Positions 8,914 to 18,311 of a stretch of DNA of 54,407 bases are shown here, piece after piece; the first letter of the stretch is position 1, and each line of letters starts with the position of its first letter. Position numbers and translations under genes: made by a program. The stretch is taken from NCBI GenBank assembly GCA_964343805.1, contig CAYFLR010000013.1, forward strand, positions 47,168-101,574, written 5' to 3'. The DNA is from an uncultured bacterium. GTDB lineage: Bacteria > Bdellovibrionota_B > Oligoflexia > CAYFLR01. The notes under the pieces were generated by a model, which did no database searches, was not told the DNA's origin, and was given only the letters and a program-made list of their open reading frames with translations.

Positions 8914-9555
8914 ATGAAAACCCTAATTATAATCATAATAACTTTTTTTCCATCACTCCTTCTCTCACAAACCCTGTTATTAAAAGGAGAGGAGACCTCA
9001 CAGCGTTTTGTTAAAATCGAACAGGTCAGCCAAGATGGGTACATCTTCGAAAGCTGCCAAGGATCTATTAAAAATCTTAACTGCGAGGCACTCTTTTCCG
9101 ATGACCCCATTTTTAACAGAAAAGATCTCATATCCCTCGTACATCGCAATGCTCGAAATGGTCAACTGGCCATGGGAGCAGACATTGCCTTAGTTGCCGG
9201 GTCTATCTATATTGGCATCGCATTAGCGGCTAAATTTACTGTGGTTGCCTTAGCTGGAAAAGTAAGTTTAGACGGAGGAGTTGCTGGCTTAAGCGGAATA
9301 CTCTATGGCACGGTTCCAGGAGGGGTATCTGGAGGCGTCATCGTATCTAAAATAGATGCTTTAGATCCTTTTATTCACTTCGATATGGCCAAATCATTTA
9401 AAGCGGCAATTGGAATTGCTAGTGAAGGTGACTTAGAGGATTTGGAGTCCTATTTAGATGATGAGTTTAGAATTCTGATCATTGAAGATTTTAGCTTTGC
9501 TCAATTAAAAGAAAAGCTGAAAGCCCAATTAGCAAGCCTTCAGCCTATTAGGTAA
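8914..9555 (+). CDS. hypothetical secreted/membrane protein with a Gly/Ala-rich hydrophobic segment
   Basis: Start placed at the ATG at 8914 (MKTLIIIIITFFPSLLLSQ), 2 nt after the upstream stop. It carries a glycine-zipper-like stretch GADIALVAGSIYIGIALAAKF...GGVAGLSGILYGTVPGGVSGGV. Confidence 0.55.
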   Translation: MKTLIIIIITFFPSLLLSQTLLLKGEETSQRFVKIEQVSQDGYIFESCQGSIKNLNCEALFSDDPIFNRKDLISLVHRNARNGQLAMGADIALVAGSIYIGIALAAKFTVVALAGKVSLDGGVAGLSGILYGTVPGGVSGGVIVSKIDALDPFIHFDMAKSFKAAIGIASEGDLEDLESYLDDEFRILIIEDFSFAQLKEKLKAQLASLQPIR

Positions 9556-9565
9556 TTTTAATAGT

Positions 9566-10363
9566 TTATTTCTTACGTTGCATTTGGACATTCACATCAT
9601 TGGGATCAATGCCAGTTTGCTGCTGTACAAAATCCACATCCAGTCGACCACTTAAATACTGTCTAATGAGATATGCACCACTAGAGGCTCCACTCCACTC
9701 GGCTTCAATATGGGTATTGATTCCACCACCTTGACCTCGGTAGAGCTGAATATTCTTACAATTCTCAAGTGGTCCTCCATGGATTCCAATGGTTTCATCT
9801 TGAAAATAGTTAACGCAATTATAGGCTGGCACTTCATCACTAAAAGCTCCAATGGGCTTTGCAACCCCATCCACCATCACAAAAAGATCTGGCAACCAAC
9901 CGCAGGTTTGAGTATACTTTTCGGCAAGTTCCACTGCTAAAGTACTGCCCCAGCTGTTAGCCATGATAATGATTCCGATCTCTTCATTACAGTTCTGACC
10001 ATTCATAAAATACTTCATTACCTCAGATATGCCATGGCTGCCATCATCATGCTCTAAATAAAGGGCATAGGATATTCTATTGTGATAGGAAGGAAGACGT
10101 GACCAAACTCCACTGGGTTCTTTTCCATTGCTGCTATCAATGGTGTTACTTGTTAGCCCATGCCCTTCTGGTTTCCCAGTCAAGAATCCTGAGACAGCTA
10201 CTGTTATATAGGTATTTGCTAGACGGTTGATTTTAGGAAAGGGTCCATTTTCGGTAAAACGGGGCATCATAGAATGATCCCGGTTCAATAGTTTCGAGTC
10301 CTGATTATTGCCACAACCAATAAAAATTAAAGCAAGTAATATGCTTAGACTCAATTTAATCAT
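9566..10363 (-). CDS. lipoprotein, possible lipase/esterase-like alpha/beta hydrolase
   Basis: Start moved to the ATG at 10363 (GGGGGA RBS). Lipobox LALIFIGC/GNN. IIIMANSWGSTLA resembles an A-x-S-x-G nucleophile elbow. The functional call is weak. Confidence 0.45.
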   Translation of the reverse strand: MIKLSLSILLALIFIGCGNNQDSKLLNRDHSMMPRFTENGPFPKINRLANTYITVAVSGFLTGKPEGHGLTSNTIDSSNGKEPSGVWSRLPSYHNRISYALYLEHDDGSHGISEVMKYFMNGQNCNEEIGIIIMANSWGSTLAVELAEKYTQTCGWLPDLFVMVDGVAKPIGAFSDEVPAYNCVNYFQDETIGIHGGPLENCKNIQLYRGQGGGINTHIEAEWSGASSGAYLIRQYLSGRLDVDFVQQQTGIDPNDVNVQMQRKK

Positions 10364-10618
10364 GATTTCCCCCAAAATCTAAAGATCAGCAAAACGATAA
10401 CCGACTTCATTAAAATGCAAAAGAGAGACCAAATTTTTCAATAGGATAACATCCTGTTTTCATTTAAGTGTTTATATATTAGCTTTCATTCACTGCTCCT
10501 ATCTGTATCTAAATTAGACAGAGTGTCGAATCCCTAGACAGGATTCTCTCCACTAAAAGACGGACAATTAACTAAAAATATGCTATTCGACGAAGAAAAA
10601 TTGCAAAGAGGTTACCAT

Positions 10619-10942
10619 ATGTTCAAATCAGCCACCGGCAACAAACAAACAGAATTAATAAAAGGGGTCAATTTAAGCACTTTGGCAGTGGGAAATGACT
10701 CTATGCTTTGTCAATTCAACCTCGAAAAAGATGCAGTAATTCCTAACCATCAGCATCCCTATGAACAAACCGGATATCTTGTAAGCGGCAAAATGGAGCT
10801 CACCATTGATGGCAAAAAGTTTTTAGCGGAACCTGGTAGCAGTTGGAGTATACCTAAAGATGTTCCCCATGAGGCCTTTGTCATAGAAGAGGTTTTAGCC
10901 GTTGAAGTCTTCACCCCCATTAGAGAAGATTATCTACTTTGA
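10619..10942 (+). CDS. cupin-domain protein
   Basis: Cupin motifs PNHQHPYEQTGYLVSGKMEL and PKDVPHEA. The ATG at 10619 has AAAGAGG 7 nt upstream. The ORF-track start at 10580 has no RBS but cannot be excluded. Confidence 0.7.
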   Translation: MFKSATGNKQTELIKGVNLSTLAVGNDSMLCQFNLEKDAVIPNHQHPYEQTGYLVSGKMELTIDGKKFLAEPGSSWSIPKDVPHEAFVIEEVLAVEVFTPIREDYLL

Positions 10943-12234
10943 AGAAAATACTACTTATCAACCCTCCTATCTATGATTTTTCTGCCTTTGATTACTGGTT
11001 AAAACCTTATGGCCTTTTGAGAATAGCTGGTTTTCTCCGTCAACAAGCAGATTTCACTCTTTTTGATTTTCTTGATCGAGAACATCCACAGATAAAAAAC
11101 AGTTCTCAACTCCGAAGTGACAAGTGGAGTCGAGGAGAATACCCCAGTAAAAAAATTGATAAACCAGCTCCACTCAAAGATGTTCCCCGCCATTACCGTC
11201 GTTATGGCTTGCCAGCAAGTGAATTTAATAAATTCACAGAAGATCATCCCCCTTTTGATTTCGTAATGATTCAAACCTCCATGACTTATTGGTACCTCGG
11301 TGTTAAAGAGATCATTGATCTGGTTAGAGATTTCTACCCCACAAGTAAAATAATCCTAGGTGGACCCTATGCAGGTATATCTCATCAACATGCAAAAACC
11401 TTGAAAGCTGATCTCGTCATTAATGGATTAAAACTAGATCCTTTATGGCAAATGTTAGGTCTCAACCCTGATTGGAAAGAGCCTGCCCTCTGGGAGGTTT
11501 ATCCACATATTGAATCAGGTGCCATCAGACTCACCGAAGGATGCCCTTACAAATGCAGTTACTGTTCGGTGGCCAACCATTACCCTCATTTTAGGTTGTA
11601 TGATCTTCCGATTTTAAAAAGGGAATTTGATCTACTCAACCAAATGCAAATAAAAGATCTGGCTTTTTATGATGACGCTCTTCTTTTTAAGCAGGAGAAA
11701 TGTCTCTCCCCCTTTTTAGAATATTTGGTAAGCCAAGACTCGAAAATCAATCTTCACACACCTAATGCACTTCATGCAAGGTACATCACCCCCCCATTAG
11801 CCACTTTAATGATCAAAGCAGGATTTAAAACCATCGCTTTAGGACTTGAAACCAACTCTGATGATTGGAGAAAAAAGACCGGATTAAAAGTCAAAAACCA
11901 TCAATTCGAAAAATGCATTGAAATTTTGATTAACGCAGGCTTTGCTGCTTCCAATATCACGGCCTATTTACTCATAGGTCATCCCAATGCTCCTTTAGAC
12001 AAGCTCGACGCCGCAATTACCTGGGTTCATAAATTAGGCTTAAAGGCCTTTCTCTCTGAATACTCCCCTATTCCAGGAACCCCGGATGGAGAGCTAGTAT
12101 CTCAGCAATATGACCTCAGCGAACCTCTTGCTCATAATAAGGTCGCTTTCACTATTAGACAGATTGGATCTGATAATTTAAACTATTTTAAGAATAGAGT
12201 TAAAGAAGGCAACCAAAAGAACATAGGAAATTAA
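10939..12234 (+). CDS. radical SAM enzyme with an N-terminal B12-binding-like domain
   Basis: CxxxCxxC cluster motif in LTEGCPYKCSYCSV. The N-terminus KKILLINPPIYDF...YGLLRIAGFL is typical of B12-binding-domain rSAMs. The TTG start overlaps the cupin TGA (TTGA). Confidence 0.85.
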   Translation: MKKILLINPPIYDFSAFDYWLKPYGLLRIAGFLRQQADFTLFDFLDREHPQIKNSSQLRSDKWSRGEYPSKKIDKPAPLKDVPRHYRRYGLPASEFNKFTEDHPPFDFVMIQTSMTYWYLGVKEIIDLVRDFYPTSKIILGGPYAGISHQHAKTLKADLVINGLKLDPLWQMLGLNPDWKEPALWEVYPHIESGAIRLTEGCPYKCSYCSVANHYPHFRLYDLPILKREFDLLNQMQIKDLAFYDDALLFKQEKCLSPFLEYLVSQDSKINLHTPNALHARYITPPLATLMIKAGFKTIALGLETNSDDWRKKTGLKVKNHQFEKCIEILINAGFAASNITAYLLIGHPNAPLDKLDAAITWVHKLGLKAFLSEYSPIPGTPDGELVSQQYDLSEPLAHNKVAFTIRQIGSDNLNYFKNRVKEGNQKNIGN

Positions 12235-12235
12235 A

Positions 12236-12778
12236 ATGAATCAGCAGACTCTCTACTTTGCCATCAATGATCCCATTGAACCCACTGATTTACCTTTAAA
12301 TGTGGGGATGGAAAAAAGTTTAAGTATCCTCTTAGAGGTGGATGTTCCTGAAGTGGTTGATTCAACAAAAAGTGTTTTAAAACATAAAGGGCTTGGTTTT
12401 TATGAATTCACTGGGGAAATTATTCAAACGGGAGATCTAGAGATCTTAATGGAGTGCCAGGGCATCCAACTCCTGCTAAAGTATATTCACCCTGAAATTT
12501 ATTATGCCGCGGGAAAAGGATTTAGTTCACCACCAGAAGGCAGTTTTATTAAAGGCTCCGGTCAGTTCAATGTCAATCCTTGTGAATGTTGCTGGGAAAT
12601 AGATAATAAAAATGTACAAAAAGTTAAAATCCATAAGATCCTGGTTTACCCTGATAATTGTATGGAAAGTTTGATTGATGACCTGTCCAATCTCCCAGAA
12701 CCCAAACAAAAAGAGCAGGTCTTAATCAGCGACACGGTAGAGACCATGAATGGTTATGTGGTGGAAGTGGAACTTTGA
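12236..12778 (+). CDS. hypothetical protein translationally coupled to the radical SAM gene
   Basis: The ATG lies 1 nt after the rSAM stop, with an AGGAAA RBS. 180 aa, no signal peptide, contains NPCECCWE. No recognisable domain. Confidence 0.6.
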   Translation: MNQQTLYFAINDPIEPTDLPLNVGMEKSLSILLEVDVPEVVDSTKSVLKHKGLGFYEFTGEIIQTGDLEILMECQGIQLLLKYIHPEIYYAAGKGFSSPPEGSFIKGSGQFNVNPCECCWEIDNKNVQKVKIHKILVYPDNCMESLIDDLSNLPEPKQKEQVLISDTVETMNGYVVEVEL

Positions 12779-13594
12779 TTATTTATCACCCATTTCTTGG
12801 GCTCTCTTGGTGGCTCGGTTTAACCCCTCAATAAAGGTATCTACAAATCCTTTTTCGTTATAATAATTAATCCCTGCTTCCGTAGTTCCCCCTGGAGTAA
12901 CTACTTTTCGCCAAAGATCATCAAGAGGTATTTTTGCATTGGCAGCCCAGGCAGCCGAACCTTCCATGGTAGATAAAATCATTTTCTTTGCAAGTTCAGG
13001 TTCCAACCCTTCACTACAGCCATATTTTATAAGCGCTTCCGCCATCATCACATAATAAGCCGGAGCGCTTCCAGAGAGGGCTGTGATAGCAGCCATCAAT
13101 TTTTCATTATCCACAAAGAAAACCTGGCCTAATAATTCAAAAAGAATTTTTAACTCATTTAAAATCGACGGATCTGTATGCGGGGGAGCATAAAGACAAA
13201 TGGTTCCTTTGCAAACTCGACTGGCTAAATTAGGCACGATCCTCACAGCCGATTGCCCTTCTGCCAGACTTTCCTGCAATAGTTGCAATGATTTTCCTGC
13301 GGCAACTGAAATCACAATGCTATTTTTTGGCAGGTGGGGTTTAATCTCTTCCGCTACTTCAATTAACTGATGGGGTTTGACACAGAGAAACAGCACCTCA
13401 GATTTAAGTGCAATCTCTTTATTGTTATCAACAACACATACCCCTAGCTGCTTTTGCACACTCTTTTTTTGCTCTTCACTGCAATCGGTCACTTCTATTT
13501 CGCCGTGATCATATTGTCTCGAGGTGATACATCCTCGTATCATCGCTCGGGTTATATTTCCTGCTCCAATAAATGATAGCTTTTTCACCTTCAC
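12779..13594 (-). CDS. proC: pyrroline-5-carboxylate reductase
   Basis: N-terminal Rossmann motif SFIGAGNITRAMIRG and the C-terminal signature VTPGGTTEAG. The length (271 aa) is typical. Confidence 0.9.
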   Translation of the reverse strand: MKVKKLSFIGAGNITRAMIRGCITSRQYDHGEIEVTDCSEEQKKSVQKQLGVCVVDNNKEIALKSEVLFLCVKPHQLIEVAEEIKPHLPKNSIVISVAAGKSLQLLQESLAEGQSAVRIVPNLASRVCKGTICLYAPPHTDPSILNELKILFELLGQVFFVDNEKLMAAITALSGSAPAYYVMMAEALIKYGCSEGLEPELAKKMILSTMEGSAAWAANAKIPLDDLWRKVVTPGGTTEAGINYYNEKGFVDTFIEGLNRATKRAQEMGDK

Positions 13595-13665
13595 CTCACT
13601 TAGTTATTCATGTTATATTTCACGCCATTAAAATATATCATTATAGAAAATAAAAGGAATAATGA

Positions 13666-14910
13666 ATGATGAAATTTTCTATTTTTATCCTAACACTTCT
13701 TTTTTATGCTTTGGCTTTAAAAGCTGAAGGGGGCAAAATTCATTGCAATATTGCCAGCTACGATTATCCCTTTAATACAGAATATGCCTGGCCGAGTTCA
13801 GAGCAAGCCCTTTCCTTAAGTAAATGTTTTTATCAATCAGCTAACTACGGTATCAGTAAATTATGGCCGATTAATTCAGTCGGTTATGAGATCATGAAAA
13901 ATCTGCCACCTTTCGTCTTTAATGTATTTACTGCCAAAATGCCCCTCTCCGAGATATGGCTGCACGAGCATGGTCACCGAATAGGGGCATTCATGATGGG
14001 AGCTGAGGCTGAGGTTATTATGAAGCCTTTTGATTATTCCTATATGCCTCGTGCCAAAGGAAGTTGGAGCAGTGATAAATCAAAGTTTAAGGAAATCTAT
14101 AATACCAAAAGGGCTTTTTTGAGCCACTCCATATCTGCCGCAACCGAACTTGGGGTTGAACTTGCTGTTGATATGCAAAAAGATCAATTCTTTTACCAAA
14201 CCCATTTACCAAATATATCCATTTACTTTCTGTCCTTGGGTCATCTCATTACCTATCTGATGCTTGATGCCGCCAGTGCATCGGAACCTGAAACCGAAGA
14301 ACATGCCATGGACTTTGGTCACTGGCTCTATGTATTAAAAAGGATAAAAGTAGATGAGGAACAAGCCACCATGCTCACCTCTGAAAAATTTACCCCCAAG
14401 TGGAGTAAAGAGGAAATCGATTATTTAAATACTCAGTTCACTCTCTCTTTTCTCAACCTTTTTAATCCGATGCTTCTTGACTTTAATTCTTTTGAAACCA
14501 ACGGAATCAGATGGAATGCCTTTTTAAATTATTTTGCCACTCCTTTTGGAAATGATGTTGTTACTAACTTTTTATTCCAAAGAGGAGACCTACAAAGTCA
14601 TCTCACATTGCATATTTTGAACAATGAAAAGAAAACATTTATGGGCATGGGTATTGAAGTAATTAGATACCCTCTGATCACGAACTTGACCATGAATGGC
14701 AAATTACAAATAGGACAGCAGCCTAAAAATCTGTTACATCAAGACGAGGAATCTCGAACAACTGCATTGGCAGGTATCGGACTGCTTTATGGTCAAGATT
14801 TTTGGGAATTTAAAACCAATATCACCTACAAAACAAAAGGCTGGATTATCAGAAATCCCTACCTTGAAGAGAATATCTCACTCTATTCAGGTTTAGGGTT
14901 TGTTTTCTAA
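13666..14910 (+). CDS. hypothetical secreted protein with an HExxH motif and a beta-barrel-like C-terminus
   Basis: Signal peptide MMKFSIFILTLLFYALALKA/EG. WLHEHGHRIGAF contains HEHGH (13963-13977). The protein ends ..YSGLGFVF, an aromatic C-terminal residue as in outer-membrane proteins. Confidence 0.55.
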   Translation: MMKFSIFILTLLFYALALKAEGGKIHCNIASYDYPFNTEYAWPSSEQALSLSKCFYQSANYGISKLWPINSVGYEIMKNLPPFVFNVFTAKMPLSEIWLHEHGHRIGAFMMGAEAEVIMKPFDYSYMPRAKGSWSSDKSKFKEIYNTKRAFLSHSISAATELGVELAVDMQKDQFFYQTHLPNISIYFLSLGHLITYLMLDAASASEPETEEHAMDFGHWLYVLKRIKVDEEQATMLTSEKFTPKWSKEEIDYLNTQFTLSFLNLFNPMLLDFNSFETNGIRWNAFLNYFATPFGNDVVTNFLFQRGDLQSHLTLHILNNEKKTFMGMGIEVIRYPLITNLTMNGKLQIGQQPKNLLHQDEESRTTALAGIGLLYGQDFWEFKTNITYKTKGWIIRNPYLEENISLYSGLGFVF

Positions 14911-14928
14911 CGATGTATTACAAGGACT

Positions 14929-15549
14929 ATGAAAACTACTAACTTAAATAAATTTTATACCTTGCTGGCAAAGCGACCCTCTTCACCTACCGTCTTCAAC
15001 CCCTGGTCGCAAACCAAAAAGTTAGACTATTTAAAATCCTACATCAAACAAATTGTACCCCATGAGGATATCTTCTTTTGCGTAGGAGAAGCGCCAGGAT
15101 ACAAAGGTTGTGCCATAACCGGCCTCCCCTTTACCAGCACTCATCAGATCATTCACTCGCCTCATTCCATTTTTAGTAACTTAAAAAATAAAATGAAAAA
15201 AGAGCAGCTATGTAAAGAAAATACCGCCAAGATCTTTTGGGATAATATTCCGATTGAAGGTCCTTTTCCTCTCATCTGGAATGCTTTTCCCTTTCATCCT
15301 CATAATAAAGGAGACCTCTCTTCCAATCGCAAACCGAATCAAAAAGAGTGTAACGAGGGAATTGTCTATCTTCAAATGCTAGTGAACCATTTTCACATTC
15401 AACGTGTTTACGCCATAGGAAGAGTAGCAGAAGAACTCTTATTAAAGCATTATTCTAAGGATGACAAAGTGGAGGTTATTTATATTAGACACCCCTCGCA
15501 CGGTGGGAAACAGAAGTTTGTAGAAGGAATTCAAAAGGTTTTTAATTGA
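14929..15549 (+). CDS. uracil-DNA glycosylase superfamily protein (family 4/5-like motifs)
   Basis: Motif A FCVGEAPGYKGCAITGLPFTS (GEAPG...G.PF) and motif B IRHPSHGG near the C-terminus. Confidence 0.65.
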   Translation: MKTTNLNKFYTLLAKRPSSPTVFNPWSQTKKLDYLKSYIKQIVPHEDIFFCVGEAPGYKGCAITGLPFTSTHQIIHSPHSIFSNLKNKMKKEQLCKENTAKIFWDNIPIEGPFPLIWNAFPFHPHNKGDLSSNRKPNQKECNEGIVYLQMLVNHFHIQRVYAIGRVAEELLLKHYSKDDKVEVIYIRHPSHGGKQKFVEGIQKVFN

Positions 15550-17419
15550 AAAAAGGTATTTCTTGATTTCTGATATCAAAGGGTCGAATATTAAGTTCAG
15601 GTATTGATGAAAAATTTACAGGGGCGAGATACTGTTTTGCCAAATCCTTTTCCAAAGATTCGGTTAACACAATCACTTTTGTTCCCACTTTACATGGATC
15701 AAAGAGACTCCCAAATAAATTAGTGTCATGTCCAATACGGATTGCTTTAAAAAGAGTGTAAGCAGAATCATAGGAAAAGCCTTGAATTTCGATCTCCGAT
15801 CCCGTAGGTAAAAAGCAGTTGATCGAGGACTCACCCTCCAGAGGCAAAGAGTCCCTCATGGCATCGTTAGCTAACATCATTTCGTTTTTACTGGTGACTT
15901 TGAGTTTAAGATTTTTATTGAGATCTCTTACCTGAGTGGGAAGAACAACATCAAAAGGGTATCCCCAATGAATATTAAAAGCTATATCTCTATAACTGAT
16001 CTGATCCAGACAACTTAGATTTTTATCTAAAGGTGAGCAACCCCAACGCTCAGGATAGGATCGAGTGGGATCATAGGAACGTGCGGACGCATAGTTTTCA
16101 TAAAGGAGGCTAAAGGCCTGCATGATCCAGATACTGGTGGAGAGTTTACCTTGAACGATTCCTAATAATGAGACCTCTTTATTCAGCTCTTTTTCTCTAT
16201 CTTCTAAAAAAGGATGAAGAGTGAGGGAACATTTCTTTTGAATGAACTCATTTCCCATTTCAAGTTCACCTATTAAATGCTGCAACATAGCAGCTTTTGC
16301 AATGATACGAGCATCTCGGCTGGGGGTTGAATAATCGCCATGAGAACCTTTAGTACAACTCGCTATATTTTTACCGAAGCATTTATCGAATCCTTTATCC
16401 ACCACCTCCACTCTTTCTTGCAGGTATTTACATAAGTCAGTAAACATCTCATTGGCAATAAGTGTAAAGTTAGGTTCTTCAGGAACCTTCTGATCTACAG
16501 CTAAATACTTAGGTTGCCAATAGACATTATGAGGGCATTGAATCCCTTCACGCTCTATTTCCTCCTTATTGAATCGAATGTCTAATTTCTTAGAGAGAAC
16601 AAAGTTATAAATGCTCTTCCAAAGAGGCAAACGATCCACTTTCTTCTCTGTTTTTTGACTTTCAGTAGCCTCCTCCTCCAATTGAATGGAACAATCATAC
16701 CAATTAGGTCCATTTTCATTAATCCGAGGATGAGCAGTAAAACTGATCTCTTTAGAAGCATAAACCCTCGACCCATCACGGAGGTAGGAAAAAAACCTAC
16801 GAAACTGCTGCTCGGCCAACACCCTGATAAAAAAGTTTCCTTCAGCGAGAGCTTTCACCGTGATGGGAGGGCCACTGGAAAGTGTCGTCAAAACATTCAG
16901 TTCATTCAGACCAGATACAGTATAACTATGTCCCTTTTGGAGTACAAAGTTTCCCCCTTGATAATTAGCAAAATCCCACATATCTACCAGATAACTAAAG
17001 TTATCAATTTCTTTAGTGCCATAGCTGCGAGCTGCAGCCTTTAGTAATTCCATGGGACGGTACCAATAATCAGTGGATTTGAAATAGCCAAAACGAATAG
17101 CCAGCCCATGCTTCAAAGCAAATATAAATCGAATGGCCATCACTGAATCAGCACAGTCGGAAGGGATATCCCAATCTGCAAGTATTTTAGGACTGATACC
17201 AGCCACCCACTTATCATACAGGTGCTCATCCTCCACCGTCCAACTTCTCCCTCCCTTACTTTCTCGCCACATTTTGGAACCGGATTTAATCACTTGTTGT
17301 TCCCAAATGGCCGTCTCCCAATCGCTGAGAGAAGAATAATCTTGACGGTTTTTACAGCTAAAGAGTAACACCAAACCGAGTACCAAAAGATGAACTTTGA
17401 AGATTGTTCTTTTATGCAT
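15542..17419 (-). CDS. large lipoprotein of unknown function
   Basis: Lipobox LVLLFSC/KN. 625 aa. The only hint is a Cys...His arrangement (SDCADSVMAIRFIFALKHGLAIRF ... KGHSYTV) vaguely like transglutaminase-fold peptidases; this is unverified. Confidence 0.6.
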   Translation of the reverse strand: MHKRTIFKVHLLVLGLVLLFSCKNRQDYSSLSDWETAIWEQQVIKSGSKMWRESKGGRSWTVEDEHLYDKWVAGISPKILADWDIPSDCADSVMAIRFIFALKHGLAIRFGYFKSTDYWYRPMELLKAAARSYGTKEIDNFSYLVDMWDFANYQGGNFVLQKGHSYTVSGLNELNVLTTLSSGPPITVKALAEGNFFIRVLAEQQFRRFFSYLRDGSRVYASKEISFTAHPRINENGPNWYDCSIQLEEEATESQKTEKKVDRLPLWKSIYNFVLSKKLDIRFNKEEIEREGIQCPHNVYWQPKYLAVDQKVPEEPNFTLIANEMFTDLCKYLQERVEVVDKGFDKCFGKNIASCTKGSHGDYSTPSRDARIIAKAAMLQHLIGELEMGNEFIQKKCSLTLHPFLEDREKELNKEVSLLGIVQGKLSTSIWIMQAFSLLYENYASARSYDPTRSYPERWGCSPLDKNLSCLDQISYRDIAFNIHWGYPFDVVLPTQVRDLNKNLKLKVTSKNEMMLANDAMRDSLPLEGESSINCFLPTGSEIEIQGFSYDSAYTLFKAIRIGHDTNLFGSLFDPCKVGTKVIVLTESLEKDLAKQYLAPVNFSSIPELNIRPFDIRNQEIPFFN

Positions 17420-17514
17420 GCAGACCTCCCTGGATTACCAGATATTTACTATTCGGTTGGCAATTTAAATCCTTTAACTTTATGAACTATTCGACCGCAT
17501 AAATACTTCTTTTT

Positions 17515-17543
17515 TTGACTTATTTAATAAAACCTGCTTTAAT
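17515..17543 (+). promoter_or_regulatory. sigma70-like promoter candidate (TTGACT-17 nt-TTTAAT)
   Basis: TTGACT at 17515-17520 and TTTAAT at 17538-17543 with an exact 17-nt spacer, about 110 nt upstream of the 17656 start. Confidence 0.45.
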
Positions 17544-17564
17544 TTGGTTGTCACATTGGGTGAT

Positions 17565-17589
17565 TCGTGATACCAGTCTTTTATCACGA
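17565..17589 (+). promoter_or_regulatory. leader hairpin (8-bp perfect stem, 9-nt loop) followed by a T-rich tract
   Basis: TCGTGATA (17565-17572) pairs with TATCACGA (17582-17589). TTATTTTTATT follows. It lies between the candidate promoter and the start codon. Confidence 0.35.
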
Positions 17590-17655
17590 TTATTTTTATT
17601 GAACGAACCCACAAGATTTTAAAGCTGAATTATGTTTAAAAACGACGGAGAGAGC

Positions 17656-18207
17656 ATGTCTTCCAAAACTGAAAATGCCCCTAAGAGAGAGCTCGTTTAT
17701 AAAAATATGGCCTCTTTAAACGCCATAAAAAAAATCATCAATGAAACCAATTCAACCCTTGAAGACCCCAATCAGCTCGAGTTTTCCAATGATTTAAAAG
17801 AAATCATGGGAGGCAGTCTGGGTGGTGTTTTAGGTATTGGTATTGGAGGTTTTACTATCGTAGCAGCGGGTACTGGGAGTAAAGTTATGTTAGTAACTTC
17901 TGGCTTAGCTGCTGTAGGTGGAATGGTAGGGGGAGGCATGATGACAGGAATGGCAGTAGCAGCGGCCCCTGCAGCCATACTTGGAGCAGGTGGAGCCTAT
18001 CTCTATTCTCTGAGAAACAAAGAGCGCCTCATTCAAGAAAAGCAGCGTCTTGTTAATGAGATAGATCGCAAACAAGTCCTGCTAGTAAAAGCCCTCAAAG
18101 ACAAAGTGAACCAACAAGAAGAGCGATTAGCCCATCTTGAAGATTTTCAAACCCTTCTACGCAATTCCAAGAAAAGCCTAATGGATGACTTAACCATTGA
18201 CAATTAA
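17656..18207 (+). CDS. membrane protein with a glycine-zipper TM region and a C-terminal coiled coil
   Basis: The ATG at 17656 has a GGAGAGAG RBS; the ATG at 17632 has none. Gly-rich stretch GGSLGGVLGIGIGGFTIVAAGTG...AAVGGMVGGGMMTGMAVAAAPAAILGAGGAY is followed by a heptad-like region QEKQRLVNEIDRKQVLLVKALKDKV. Confidence 0.6.
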   Translation: MSSKTENAPKRELVYKNMASLNAIKKIINETNSTLEDPNQLEFSNDLKEIMGGSLGGVLGIGIGGFTIVAAGTGSKVMLVTSGLAAVGGMVGGGMMTGMAVAAAPAAILGAGGAYLYSLRNKERLIQEKQRLVNEIDRKQVLLVKALKDKVNQQEERLAHLEDFQTLLRNSKKSLMDDLTIDN

Positions 18208-18311
18208 CCCCTTAAACCCTCTTAATATTTAAGAGCTTACCCTCATTTTCCATTTCAACTTAAGTAATTTTTCAAAACCAGGGAAAAAAAAACAAAAAAA
18301 GGAGTGGAGAT

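Noticed and set aside
18219-18235. Hairpin CTCTTAA-TAT-TTAAGAG after the glycine-zipper gene
   Set aside because: It has only 7 bp with 2 G:C pairs and no adjacent T-run, which is too weak to call a terminator.
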